Shown here: piece after piece, positions 10,536 to 19,942 of the stretch | Position numbering within the stretch: the stretch's first letter is position 1 | How the letters are laid out: the number at the start of each line of letters is the position of its first letter | DNA from: an uncultured archaeon | GTDB taxonomy: Archaea > Asgardarchaeota > Thorarchaeia > Thorarchaeales > Thorarchaeaceae | Assembly (NCBI GenBank): GCA_964458565.1 | Contig: CAYWJO010000006.1 | Coordinates: 32,001-96,000, forward strand | Reading direction: 5' to 3' | DNA length: 64,000 bases | Position numbers and translations under genes: made by a program | Notes under the pieces: model-generated | What the model was told of the DNA's origin: nothing | What the model saw: only the letters and a program-made list of their open reading frames with translations | The model's database searches: none

Positions 10536-11192
10536 TTGAGGAAACGGTTACATATCGCAACACTTGGGCTCCATCGTAACATACTAGTGGAGCACATCAT
10601 AGCCAAACGCGGAGCAGACAAGATTGCAATCATCTATACAGAACAGAACAAAGAAGCTGTAGAAGAGCTCAAGAGAAATAACGAATCCAAGGGAGTACCT
10701 GTAGTAGGAAAAAAGGTAGACGCATGGGATTACTACAATGTACTCTGTGGAATTCTTGAGATAGTTTCTGATCATGAGGATTACGAGATTGAATACAGCA
10801 TATCTTGTGGAACACGCGTAATGACATCAGCTGCATTTCGTGCAGCGCTGTTTACAGATTCTCCAGTCTACTTCGTGACCACACCAGCGGATGTCGAGAT
10901 CGGAGAAATAGTCACAATAGAACCAATCTCGGTTGTAATTCTAACAGAACCGAAAAGAAGAATATTAGAAAGGCTTGAAGAATTGGGAGGTGGAGCAAAA
11001 TCTCAAAGAGAGTTAGGATCGAGAGTTGATCTTGGTGCTAGCTCTATCTCAAAACACCTCAATTCATTGGATGACGCGGGTTATGTGAAACGGAAGAGAG
11101 ATGGTAGGAACTACTTTGTCGAAATCACAGAACTTGGCAAAATTGTGCTCAATTTAAAGGAGTTCAGGAAAGAGAAAGTATGGGGTGAATGA
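10536..11192 (+). CDS. CARF-like (DUF6293/Csa3-type) + winged-helix transcriptional regulator
   Basis: LHIATLG, ADKIAIIY, YSISCGTRVMTSAA Rossmann motifs; C-terminal SQRELG...SSISKHLNSL...VEITELG wHTH. Confidence 0.8.
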   Translation: MRKRLHIATLGLHRNILVEHIIAKRGADKIAIIYTEQNKEAVEELKRNNESKGVPVVGKKVDAWDYYNVLCGILEIVSDHEDYEIEYSISCGTRVMTSAAFRAALFTDSPVYFVTTPADVEIGEIVTIEPISVVILTEPKRRILERLEELGGGAKSQRELGSRVDLGASSISKHLNSLDDAGYVKRKRDGRNYFVEITELGKIVLNLKEFRKEKVWGE

Positions 11193-11311
11193 AGGAATCT
11201 AAGAGGGAAAATTCAATCAAACCCCATAGGAGAAGGTTGAGAGGTGTCCCTACTTAGTAGGATAAGCAATCTTTAAGTTGCAATAAAAGCTCATAACGTA
11301 GAGGAGCTGGG

Positions 11312-11564
11312 ATGACAACTATAACTGTCCACATTCCAGATTACACAATCCCCATTACTCAAGGCATCTGGAAAGGGTGTAACGCGATCTGAACTGATAA
11401 ACTCTGTAACATCTTTGAAGGAGCAAGGTGATGAGAAATGGATCAATATTCCAATGAACAAACTCCCAAATCGTATTGATGAGGCAACCAAGTATCTACT
11501 TCGACGCGTAATGATTCGGAAAGACCGGGGAGAAGAGGATGATACTTTCTTTCCTCGAGAATAA
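11312..11564 (+). pseudogene. frameshifted small wHTH-like protein (83 aa if one C of CCCC 11350-11353 is skipped)
   Basis: GAGGAG RBS + ATG 11312; +1 frame continues LLKASGKGVTRSELINSV...IDEATKYLLRR...FFPRE-TAA. Confidence 0.5.
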
Positions 11565-11660
11565 TGCAATGAATCTTTTCTTGATTTGATTACAACGCAG
11601 AATTAGCGTGCTTCAATATTGTAATATACACGCATGCGTTGATGATTATGCTGAGGGTTT

Positions 11661-12011
11661 ATGGACGCATCGAGAATAAGAACTGAGGAAGATTTGAGAG
11701 AGGCCTTAAAGGGACATAGTGAATTTGAGATTGAGGTCTATGTCACTACTTTCAAAATTCCAAAAGGGAAAGTAAGTACCTATAGTAGAATTGCCAAGTT
11801 GGTAGGACGCCCAAAAGCATTCCGTGCAGTTGCGAATACGCTCAATAAGTGTTCTTTGTGGCCTATCGTTCCATGCCATCGTGTTGTGGCTTCAAACGGA
11901 CGTTTCACAGGAACTGAGAAAGGTGCAGCGAGTAGAAGAAAACTAATCCGTGATGAGGGTGTTCCGATAAAAGGTGGACGAGTAGTAATCAGTGATGATA
12001 TATTGTTCTGA
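11661..12011 (+). CDS. ogt: O6-alkylguanine DNA alkyltransferase (MGMT family, single domain)
   Basis: IPKGKVSTYSRIA, RAVANTL, PCHRVV active-site motif. Confidence 0.88.
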   Translation: MDASRIRTEEDLREALKGHSEFEIEVYVTTFKIPKGKVSTYSRIAKLVGRPKAFRAVANTLNKCSLWPIVPCHRVVASNGRFTGTEKGAASRRKLIRDEGVPIKGGRVVISDDILF

Positions 12012-12173
12012 CATGCGAAACAAACACTATGCCCTTCGTCAACTAATTAGTGATAGAAGCACAAATCTTCGAGGATTACTCATGAGATATATGGAATAAG
12101 CAGAGTTTTCTATTACCCTACATCAAAATCTCCATGTACAAGTGATTGGTATTAAGAAAATGGAGGAAAAATC

Positions 12174-13538
12174 TTGATACACCCTATTGATTATCGATAC
12201 AAAGTAGATGAGCTGGAGGATTATATTGCACCAAATGCGTTGATGCGATATCAACTGCGTGTGGAGATAGCCTACATTGAAGCACTATCGAATGCGGGAG
12301 TATGCTCTAATATTGTGTTTAAGGAGTATGAAGAAGCTGAGAAGAGGGTAAAACTCGATAGAGTGTTGGAATTGGAGAAAACATTGAAACACGATGTTAG
12401 ATCTATGGTAGAGGCATTGAGAGAACAAGTTTCTCCTGAGGCGAAACCATATTGTCATCTGGGACTGACATCATATGATATTGTAGTAAATGCCAACGCA
12501 CTGATTATTCGAGACGTTACAACCAATCTAATTCTTCCCGCTTTGAAGGGACTCATAACCCGACTCATCAATATTGCTCGAGAAACCAGAGATGTCGTTC
12601 AAATTGGCAGAACACATGGTCAGCATGCTGAACCAACGACTTTTGGTTATGTTATTGCGAATTATATAGAACGAATTGGTAGGGGGTATCAGCTAATCCA
12701 GGATGCGCAATCAAGATTCAGAGGAAAAATCGCGGGAGCTGTGGGGACTAAAGCAGCTATCGATATTATAGGAGATGCCAGAAAAATCGAAGCCGATACC
12801 CTTGCAGTATTGAAACTGCCAAGAGTTGAAGCCCCAAGTCAAATAGCGAATCAAGAGGAGTTAGCCAATTACTATAGTCAGTTGGTCATCCTCCTAGGTA
12901 CTCTTTCTGACTTAGCTAATGATTTTCGCCAACTTCAGCGAACTGAGATTTCAGAGGTTTTCGAACAAACAAATGATCACCAGGTTGGGTCTTCCACTAT
13001 GCCACAGAAGAGGAACCCAATTGGATGGGAAAATATCATTTCTCATTACAAGACGATAATTCCGAGACTCATCACTTCTTATCTGAATATTATCTCTGAA
13101 CATCAGCGGGACCTTACTGATTCAGCTGCAAACAGGTATCTCTTGGCTGAGATGCTGAATACGTTTCTATATTGTGTCATACGTGCTACTCATCTACTTG
13201 AGAGACTTGGAATCGATTCGAAACGAATGCGAGAGAATATTCTTACAAATGACTTCCTCGAACTAGCAGAACCCGCGTATATCATCTTGTCGCTCCATGG
13301 AGAAGAGAATGCGTATGATCTTGTCAGAGGATTGGCAAGAGAAGCACGTGATACGGGTAAATCATTCAAAGAGTTACTTCATAGAAACGAATCATTTAGA
13401 AAGCAACTCGAATCATTCACAACTGCTCAAAAAGAGGTGTTTGAGGACTCATCCAAATACATTGGAGGTGCATCTGAGATTACAGAGTCGGTTTGCGGGT
13501 TATGGGAAGGAGTTCTCGAGGAGAGTAAAAACGACTAA
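12174..13538 (+). CDS. purB: adenylosuccinate lyase
   Basis: HPIDYRY, GRTHGQHAEPTT, GSSTMPQKRNP signature. Confidence 0.96.
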   Translation: MIHPIDYRYKVDELEDYIAPNALMRYQLRVEIAYIEALSNAGVCSNIVFKEYEEAEKRVKLDRVLELEKTLKHDVRSMVEALREQVSPEAKPYCHLGLTSYDIVVNANALIIRDVTTNLILPALKGLITRLINIARETRDVVQIGRTHGQHAEPTTFGYVIANYIERIGRGYQLIQDAQSRFRGKIAGAVGTKAAIDIIGDARKIEADTLAVLKLPRVEAPSQIANQEELANYYSQLVILLGTLSDLANDFRQLQRTEISEVFEQTNDHQVGSSTMPQKRNPIGWENIISHYKTIIPRLITSYLNIISEHQRDLTDSAANRYLLAEMLNTFLYCVIRATHLLERLGIDSKRMRENILTNDFLELAEPAYIILSLHGEENAYDLVRGLAREARDTGKSFKELLHRNESFRKQLESFTTAQKEVFEDSSKYIGGASEITESVCGLWEGVLEESKND

Positions 13539-14800
13539 TGCCATCAGTTGTTATTGTCGGAGCCCAGTGGGGTGACGAAGGTAAGGGAAAAATAGTAGAC
13601 TTCTGTGCAAAGGATGCAGACTGTGTTGTCCGCTATCAGGGAGGCGCAAATGCAGGTCACACCATAATTGCCGATGGTAGGACACTCAAGCTTCAAATTC
13701 TACCCTCTGGCGTTCTGTATAGCAAGCAACTATTGATTGGAGCCGGTGTTGTAATAGACCTTCAAATACTGTCTAATGAGATTGAACAGGTGAAGTCGTT
13801 AGGAATCGATGTGAACTTGGTGATATCAGGAAAAGCACATGTGACGCTACCATATCACAATGCCCTCGACCAAAAGTGGGAAATATCCAGAGAGGAGAAG
13901 AAGATCGGTACTACTGGACATGGAATCGGTCCAACTTATGCAGACAAAATGAGAAGACACGGAGTCCGTATGGAAGAACTGACTCGTGAAGACTACCAAG
14001 AAAAGATCAGAATAAACATAAACATTGCAAACAAGATTCTTCACCACATTTTGAATGATGATCAGTATATCGACTTTGATGAGATTATGAGGTATATTCG
14101 TGAAGTGGGTCCTCGAATGAGGGATTATATAGGAGATGTCAGCAAAATAGTTAATGAAGCACTGGATAATGAACAAAATGTTCTATTTGAGGGCGCTCAA
14201 GCAACCATGCTGGATATAGACCATGGTACATACCCATATGTGACATCATCAAACCCTATTGCGGGAGGAGCATGTACAGGAGTCGGTGTTGGACCAACCA
14301 GAATTGACCAAGTCCTTGGTATCTGCAAAGCATACACAACTCGGGTTGGAGCAGGTCCATTCCCAACAGAATTAATTGGTCCAATAGGCGAAAAGCTCCA
14401 AGTTGTCGGAAAAGAATTTGGCACCGTTACAGGTCGACCACGAAGGTGTGGATGGCTTGATCTGAACATGATAAGGTATGCAAAGAGAATCAACGGACTT
14501 ACAGGTCTCGCATTAACGAAGATGGATGTATTGAATGGTTTTGACAAAGTGAAAGTATGTAATTCATACCTTATTGATGGTATAGAAACAGAAAACGTTC
14601 CAATTCAAGACCTCGAAAGATGCAAACCAATCTATTTCGAACTTGATGGTTGGAACTCTCTGTTTGAAGGAAACGTCCTGTGTCAAGAAGCAAAAGAATA
14701 CGTTAAGAAAATCGAAGAAATTGTTGGAATACCTATCTATTACATATCAACAGGTCCCGGGAGAGAAGAAATAATATGTCTAAGAAACGTGTGGTCATAG
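13538..14800 (+). CDS. purA: adenylosuccinate synthetase
   Basis: GAQWGDEGKGK, GGANAGHT, EFGTVTGRPRRCGWLD. Confidence 0.98.
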   Translation: MPSVVIVGAQWGDEGKGKIVDFCAKDADCVVRYQGGANAGHTIIADGRTLKLQILPSGVLYSKQLLIGAGVVIDLQILSNEIEQVKSLGIDVNLVISGKAHVTLPYHNALDQKWEISREEKKIGTTGHGIGPTYADKMRRHGVRMEELTREDYQEKIRININIANKILHHILNDDQYIDFDEIMRYIREVGPRMRDYIGDVSKIVNEALDNEQNVLFEGAQATMLDIDHGTYPYVTSSNPIAGGACTGVGVGPTRIDQVLGICKAYTTRVGAGPFPTELIGPIGEKLQVVGKEFGTVTGRPRRCGWLDLNMIRYAKRINGLTGLALTKMDVLNGFDKVKVCNSYLIDGIETENVPIQDLERCKPIYFELDGWNSLFEGNVLCQEAKEYVKKIEEIVGIPIYYISTGPGREEIICLRNVWS

Positions 14801-16134
14801 TTGGAGGCGGCCCAGCTGGCCTCTTTGCGGCACGCAAACTAGCAAATCAAGCAGATGTGACGATTCTAGATGCTGGAAAAATACCGAGTCAGCGTAATTG
14901 CCCATCTCAACAGACATTGATATGTCATAAATGCAATCCTTGCAATGTGGTAGCAGGTTTTGGTGGAGCAGGGCTTCTCTCATCAGGCCTCTTGAATCTT
15001 ACTACGGACATCGGGTTTCCTGATAAGACCATAGAATCTATAGGACGAGAGAACGCGGAGAAACTCATCAAAGAAGCGGATCAGACTTTTCTTGACTATG
15101 GTGCTCCGAAATCGTCCTTCGATCCAGACGAGAGATTCAATTGTTGGGAGCGTAGGGCAGCTCAAGCAGGCTTGAAGTTCGTTGTAGCAAAGCAACGTCT
15201 AATTGGCACTGATAATTCCACACCATTAATAGAGTCATTTATTGAGCACCTGAAGAAAATGGGTGTAAGCATCGACTCGAGAAGAAGAGTAGAGGAAGTT
15301 CAAGAGAGACGGGTGATAACTGACAAGGGAGTCTATGAATTCGATATGTGTCTGTTAGCTCCTGGAAGATATGGAATGCAATGGTTAGCTAAGACACTTG
15401 AGAGGTTAGGAGTGAAGTTGTATCATTCACCTGTAGATCTAGGAGTCAGAGTAGAGGTTCCCTCAATGATTATGGAGAATTTGTGTTCATTACAAAGAGA
15501 TCCAAAGATTTTGATGCGTTCGCAGAGTTATGATGATCAGGTTCGAACATTTTGTGTGAATCATAATGGATGGGTTGTGCGAGAGCAGTACGACACTCAT
15601 GCTTGTGTTAATGGCCATTCGTTCTCAAACAAGAAGTCCGGTAACACAAATTTTGCATTTCTGGTGAAGGTACATCTCACAAAACCTACTGAGGATACTA
15701 CAAAATATGCAAGAACAATAGCTGAACAAGTGACACTTCTTGGTGGTGGAAAACCGATAGTCCAAAGAATTGCAGATCTAGAGAATTACAGGCGGTCGAC
15801 ACCGGAACGCATCAGAAATGCGAACATCGTACCAACCTTACAAGATGTTACACCAGGCGATCTCTCAATGGTATTTCCCAAACGAATCACCGACAATATA
15901 ATGGAAGGCCTTCAGAGCCTCAATAATATGATTCCGGGTATTTATGCAGGAACGACCCTGTTGTATGCACCAGAGATAAAGTATAGTGCCATGACAGTTG
16001 AAACGAACAAACACTTTGAAACTCCTGTTGAGGGAATTTACGTTGCGGGGGATGGTGCTGGACTGAGTAGAGGAATCGTTCCTGCAGCAGTAACTGGTCT
16101 ATGGACTGCAGAAGATATGCTCACAAGACTCTGA
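14776..16134 (+). CDS. uncharacterised NAD(P)/FAD-dependent oxidoreductase with Cys cluster
   Basis: IVGGGPAG dinucleotide motif, CxxCxxC, GFGGAG, YAPEIKY, AGDGAGLSRGI. Confidence 0.85.
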   Translation: MSKKRVVIVGGGPAGLFAARKLANQADVTILDAGKIPSQRNCPSQQTLICHKCNPCNVVAGFGGAGLLSSGLLNLTTDIGFPDKTIESIGRENAEKLIKEADQTFLDYGAPKSSFDPDERFNCWERRAAQAGLKFVVAKQRLIGTDNSTPLIESFIEHLKKMGVSIDSRRRVEEVQERRVITDKGVYEFDMCLLAPGRYGMQWLAKTLERLGVKLYHSPVDLGVRVEVPSMIMENLCSLQRDPKILMRSQSYDDQVRTFCVNHNGWVVREQYDTHACVNGHSFSNKKSGNTNFAFLVKVHLTKPTEDTTKYARTIAEQVTLLGGGKPIVQRIADLENYRRSTPERIRNANIVPTLQDVTPGDLSMVFPKRITDNIMEGLQSLNNMIPGIYAGTTLLYAPEIKYSAMTVETNKHFETPVEGIYVAGDGAGLSRGIVPAAVTGLWTAEDMLTRL

Positions 16135-16146
16135 CCAATATTGGAA

Positions 16147-16353
16147 TTACTCGATGACAGGTAGCGTTATCCTGAATGTTGCTCCCTTATTGGTCGTACT
16201 TCGATCAAGTTCGATAAAGCCCCCACAAGCGATAATTATTTGTCGGGTAAGATATAAACCAAGACCGTTTTCCCTACTTGGATCACTTCTATTGAATTCA
16301 TCTATACTGATTGATTGTATGTCTGGGTAATCCTCAATATCAAGATAACTGTT
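16147..16353 (-). pseudogene. orphan C-terminal fragment of a histidine kinase ATPase (HATPase_c)
   Basis: Start-less frame reading ENGLGLYLTRQIIIACGGFIELDRSTTNKGATFRITLPVIE-stop (G2 box and terminal strand). Confidence 0.7.
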
Positions 16354-17692
16354 TTATTTCCTCCTTCAGGAGTTGAATTATATTTCTAATTGTTTGCATT
16401 TTTTTTATATCAGGATTTTTTTGAACCTCTTTGAATATAGGGGAATCTGCAAATTGATCACCATCTATCTCTAATATTGCACAATAAAGCAAGAAAAGAA
16501 TTGATTTCAAATAACCAGCTATATGAGACTCTCGTTCTTCCTCGGACCATGTTTCGTCTGAAATATTCATTGAAAAAGGATCTCGAAGAAGTCTTGGAGA
16601 GATGCGTCCAATAGAGAGCGGATGCTTGAAGCTGGTGGTGATAATCTGTAAAGATGGCTTCACACCTCGCAAAAACTCAATATAGGTTGCAACCCCATCA
16701 TGTGGATTTTCATAAAAAGCAGAAACAATCATTTCGATCTGTGGAATGATTCGTTTTGTAAGGTCTAGAGCAAAGGCTGAGAGACCCTTCCTATCTAGAC
16801 CGCTTATTTTATACTGTTGCTCGTCGTCCTGCAGATTTAATTCACTTCTACGATTACCAGATATGAAAAATAAACCCCTCTGGCCAACATCTCTTCCATG
16901 ATCATGGTCATCGGCATATGATACGATGACACTCCATCCATTCGATGCAAAGAATGAAGGAGCATCGTCTTTCTCCATCCCCCATTTGAAGTGCATCATA
17001 AAGGGACCAAACTTAGCATCAGCCAATCCGGGAACACAAAAATCTGCGAAGATTTGGCTATTCGAAGAACTGAGTTCATGGAGTATTTGCAGAAGAGTAA
17101 CTACCTCTTTCCGGTCGAGATAGTAGGCTATGCCTTCTAGAATCCAAAATGTAGGTGTCTCTTTCGAGAATCCCCTATCTAGAAGTTGTCTAGGCCATTC
17201 CGAATGTAAAATATTCGATGATATCCGCTCAAGTTTACAAAGAGGCGTTTTATCATGCAAAACCTGTTCTTTGTATCTGTTGATAACCGGAAAATCCAGT
17301 TCGAATATGATGTGCTTGTATTTTCTCAATGGCTCGAAACGATAAGCACGGGTATCTAATCCAGAACCTATTAGAACAATTTGAGAGATGGTATGACTTT
17401 CACACCACAGACGGAGTAATGTGTTTTCTATGTAATAGGAACGAATTACTGGATAATCACCTGTTCTTTCAAGGTGAGATTCGAAATATGACGACATATC
17501 ACCTGCGAGTAATTTCGCATAAGGATCAAGAAGTAGTGGATTCACCCGCTCGCTCTCTTTGAATCGGTAATACGCAGTGAGACGAGCTGTGAATGGCACT
17601 GCATCACTGCTTGAATCAATCTCATGTTTGGATTGATGTCTTGAGCCTTTCATCCGACAATCCACTATAGAAGGAAGGATATCTGTAGACAA
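16340..17692 (-). CDS. class I SAM-dependent methyltransferase (LCM/TIGR00027-like) with C-terminal helical extension
   Basis: TARLTAYYR, DPYAKLLAG, QIVLIGSGLDTRAYR, WILEGIAYYL. Confidence 0.85.
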   Translation of the reverse strand: MSTDILPSIVDCRMKGSRHQSKHEIDSSSDAVPFTARLTAYYRFKESERVNPLLLDPYAKLLAGDMSSYFESHLERTGDYPVIRSYYIENTLLRLWCESHTISQIVLIGSGLDTRAYRFEPLRKYKHIIFELDFPVINRYKEQVLHDKTPLCKLERISSNILHSEWPRQLLDRGFSKETPTFWILEGIAYYLDRKEVVTLLQILHELSSSNSQIFADFCVPGLADAKFGPFMMHFKWGMEKDDAPSFFASNGWSVIVSYADDHDHGRDVGQRGLFFISGNRRSELNLQDDEQQYKISGLDRKGLSAFALDLTKRIIPQIEMIVSAFYENPHDGVATYIEFLRGVKPSLQIITTSFKHPLSIGRISPRLLRDPFSMNISDETWSEEERESHIAGYLKSILFLLYCAILEIDGDQFADSPIFKEVQKNPDIKKMQTIRNIIQLLKEEIKQLS

Positions 17693-17705
17693 AACTGTTT
17701 CTTAT

Positions 17706-18533
17706 CTAAGTATTTGCACCTTCTAAGAGCCAATTACAGATTCGGAACATAAAATCCCATTCGGAGTCAGGATCTGTTAGCGTGTCCCATGTTTCAACAT
17801 TATCTCTCATACTGCCTTCTTCATATTCAGGATGTGGACTGGACAGAAATACTCGTCCATTCCCATAGTCAAAAGAAATCATACATGGCAGACCAGTATC
17901 AGTGTAAGTACAGATTGGAGTTATACCCGTCATATTTACAGCCTCGAAATAACCTGATGCTTCATAGAGTAATGTATAGGATTCCTGTTCGTCTGATAAG
18001 TCGGGCTGCATCGAATTTGTATTCACATTAACTTCCAGAAGATAGGTTTCAGATCCATTCGAATCTGGCCAGAAAGTCCCATGGAAAATGTCCAAACGCC
18101 ATGCGGTCGCATATGATGCACCCCCATCAATTCCAAAATATGCACCGCCATTCGCGATAAACTGGCGAATCGCGTTCTTCGCTAATGAACCAAGAATCTC
18201 GCAACGCTCAGTACACCAACAGCCACCTGGCATGACAATAATATCGTAATTTCCGAGTGTTCCATTTAATATGACGCTTTCATCAATTATTGTGACATCC
18301 GCACCCATCCATTCAAACATACTAACGAGAGCGGCTCTACTTGATGCTCTAATCCCTCTATCAGTATAGACAGCAGCTTTAGCACCATCCATGAGATCTA
18401 TTGTAGTTTGTGTTGTCGTTTGTGTCGTACTATCGTCAGGGATAGTCGGTAATGATGTGAAAATGAGTGCAATAGCGACCATAGTTATCACTCCGGTCGC
18501 AATGATACCCAGAAAGATTGGTTTTTGTTGCAT
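17706..18533 (-). CDS. membrane-anchored BPL-N / class I glutamine amidotransferase-like protein
   Basis: IVMPGG, IRQFIANGGAYFGI, YGNGRVFLSSPHPE; N-terminal TM and Thr linker. Confidence 0.8.
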   Translation of the reverse strand: MQQKPIFLGIIATGVITMVAIALIFTSLPTIPDDSTTQTTTQTTIDLMDGAKAAVYTDRGIRASSRAALVSMFEWMGADVTIIDESVILNGTLGNYDIIVMPGGCWCTERCEILGSLAKNAIRQFIANGGAYFGIDGGASYATAWRLDIFHGTFWPDSNGSETYLLEVNVNTNSMQPDLSDEQESYTLLYEASGYFEAVNMTGITPICTYTDTGLPCMISFDYGNGRVFLSSPHPEYEEGSMRDNVETWDTLTDPDSEWDFMFRICNWLLEGANT

Positions 18534-18687
18534 ATAGAACTACCTCTCAACCTTCGCGTATAATATCATAAATATTCGCTATATTAAACAGACTTATTGA
18601 AGCATCATATCAAAAATGATAATTGCATTTTGAGGAGAGCATATATTTCTTCGAAGTAACTTGAAATAAAATCAAGAGGTTGGGTTT

Positions 18688-19503
18688 ACGTTCCCTGATA
18701 AAGAAAACATTGCAGCCTTCCAACAGAAAGTGATGGAATGGTGGAAAGAGAATAAACGGGATTTGCCATGGAGAAGAAATCCCACACCATACCAGGTCTT
18801 GGTTTCTGAAGTGATGCTTCAGCAAACTCAAGTGAATCGTGTTATCTTGAAATACAATGAGTTTCTCCAAGAATTTCCATCCCTAGAGGCGCTAGCTAAC
18901 GCGAATAACAGAGATGTATTGCGGGTCTGGAGTGGATTGGGATATAATCGAAGGGCTCTATGGCTTAAAGAAGCTGCTAAAGAAATTGTCAAGCTTGAGA
19001 AGTTTCCTCAATCTGTAGAACATCTTCGCAAATTGAAAGGGATTGGACCATATACGTCCAAGTCGATTTTGATATTTGCATTCAATGCGGACCTCGCAGC
19101 AGTTGATACAAATATTAGGCGTGTCTTAATAGCTGCTGGTTTTGCAACACGAGAGATGTCACCTAGCCAGATTCAGAGGATAGCGGATGAAATGGTATTA
19201 GAAGGACGGGCAAGTGATTGGCATAACGCATTGATGGACTACGGTTCTGAAGTACTTACATCGAGCTCGACTGGCATTCCACCTCTAACATCTCAGTCAT
19301 GTTTTGAAGGCTCCAATCGCCAGATTCGAGGCGCAATTCTTCGGCTATTGACATATAGTCAATCTATGTCTCATTCAGACCTTATTCAACGGTTGGAGCT
19401 TGAAAAGTGCAATAATGAACAAATAAGTCAGACAATAGAACAATTGATTCAAGAGAACATCATTGAAGAAACGTCTTATGGCAGATACATGATAACAAAT
19501 TAA
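18688..19503 (+). CDS. mutY: A/G-specific adenine glycosylase MutY-like (HhH-GPD, no Fe-S Cys motif)
   Basis: RDLPWR, PYQVLVSEVMLQQTQV, WSGLGYNRRA, LKGIGPYT, VDTNIRRV; start uncertain (ACG 18688 vs GTG 18730). Confidence 0.88.
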   Translation, partial: TFPDKENIAAFQQKVMEWWKENKRDLPWRRNPTPYQVLVSEVMLQQTQVNRVILKYNEFLQEFPSLEALANANNRDVLRVWSGLGYNRRALWLKEAAKEIVKLEKFPQSVEHLRKLKGIGPYTSKSILIFAFNADLAAVDTNIRRVLIAAGFATREMSPSQIQRIADEMVLEGRASDWHNALMDYGSEVLTSSSTGIPPLTSQSCFEGSNRQIRGAILRLLTYSQSMSHSDLIQRLELEKCNNEQISQTIEQLIQENIIEETSYGRYMITN

Positions 19504-19550
19504 GAAGTCAAGCTGGATCATTACATACCTTGGATACTTAGGTGGAGTAT

Positions 19551-19775
19551 TTACCTAAATGTTGACAGAGCATCTTTTAGGCGGGTTTTGAAGCCTTCAC
19601 TGTCCTCCTCAAGACGCTTCCTTACCAACTTCCACGTTGCTGCACAATTTTTATAGTCAACACTCAACATTTCATGAATTATCTCATCGATAGCCCTTTT
19701 GTTCTCTTTTGTTACTTCAACACCAATATCGTCGAAAAGCTCAATCATTCTTGAATTCCTGAAGTAACAGGTCAT
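19551..19775 (-). CDS. small conserved protein, MTCYFR...YKNC family (paralog of 30142-30357)
   Basis: Clear similarity to second copy in window. Confidence 0.8.
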   Translation of the reverse strand: MTCYFRNSRMIELFDDIGVEVTKENKRAIDEIIHEMLSVDYKNCAATWKLVRKRLEEDSEGFKTRLKDALSTFR

Positions 19776-19942
19776 GGTATCACGTTCGCTAAAAGATTTC
19801 GCCAAGTATTGATAAGTTTCCCTAATGGATCATTCAAAGTCTAATTGTGTTCACTAATAATTCTAGCGTGGTGAGGCTAATTTAGTATAAAACTGTAGCA
19901 CACCTTTATCTGATTTCATGGATAATAACTAATTGAGAAGGA

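Noticed and set aside
11291-11569. 92-aa minus-strand ORF in the track
   Set aside because: Antisense shadow of the frameshifted plus-strand gene, which has an RBS and more protein-like sequence
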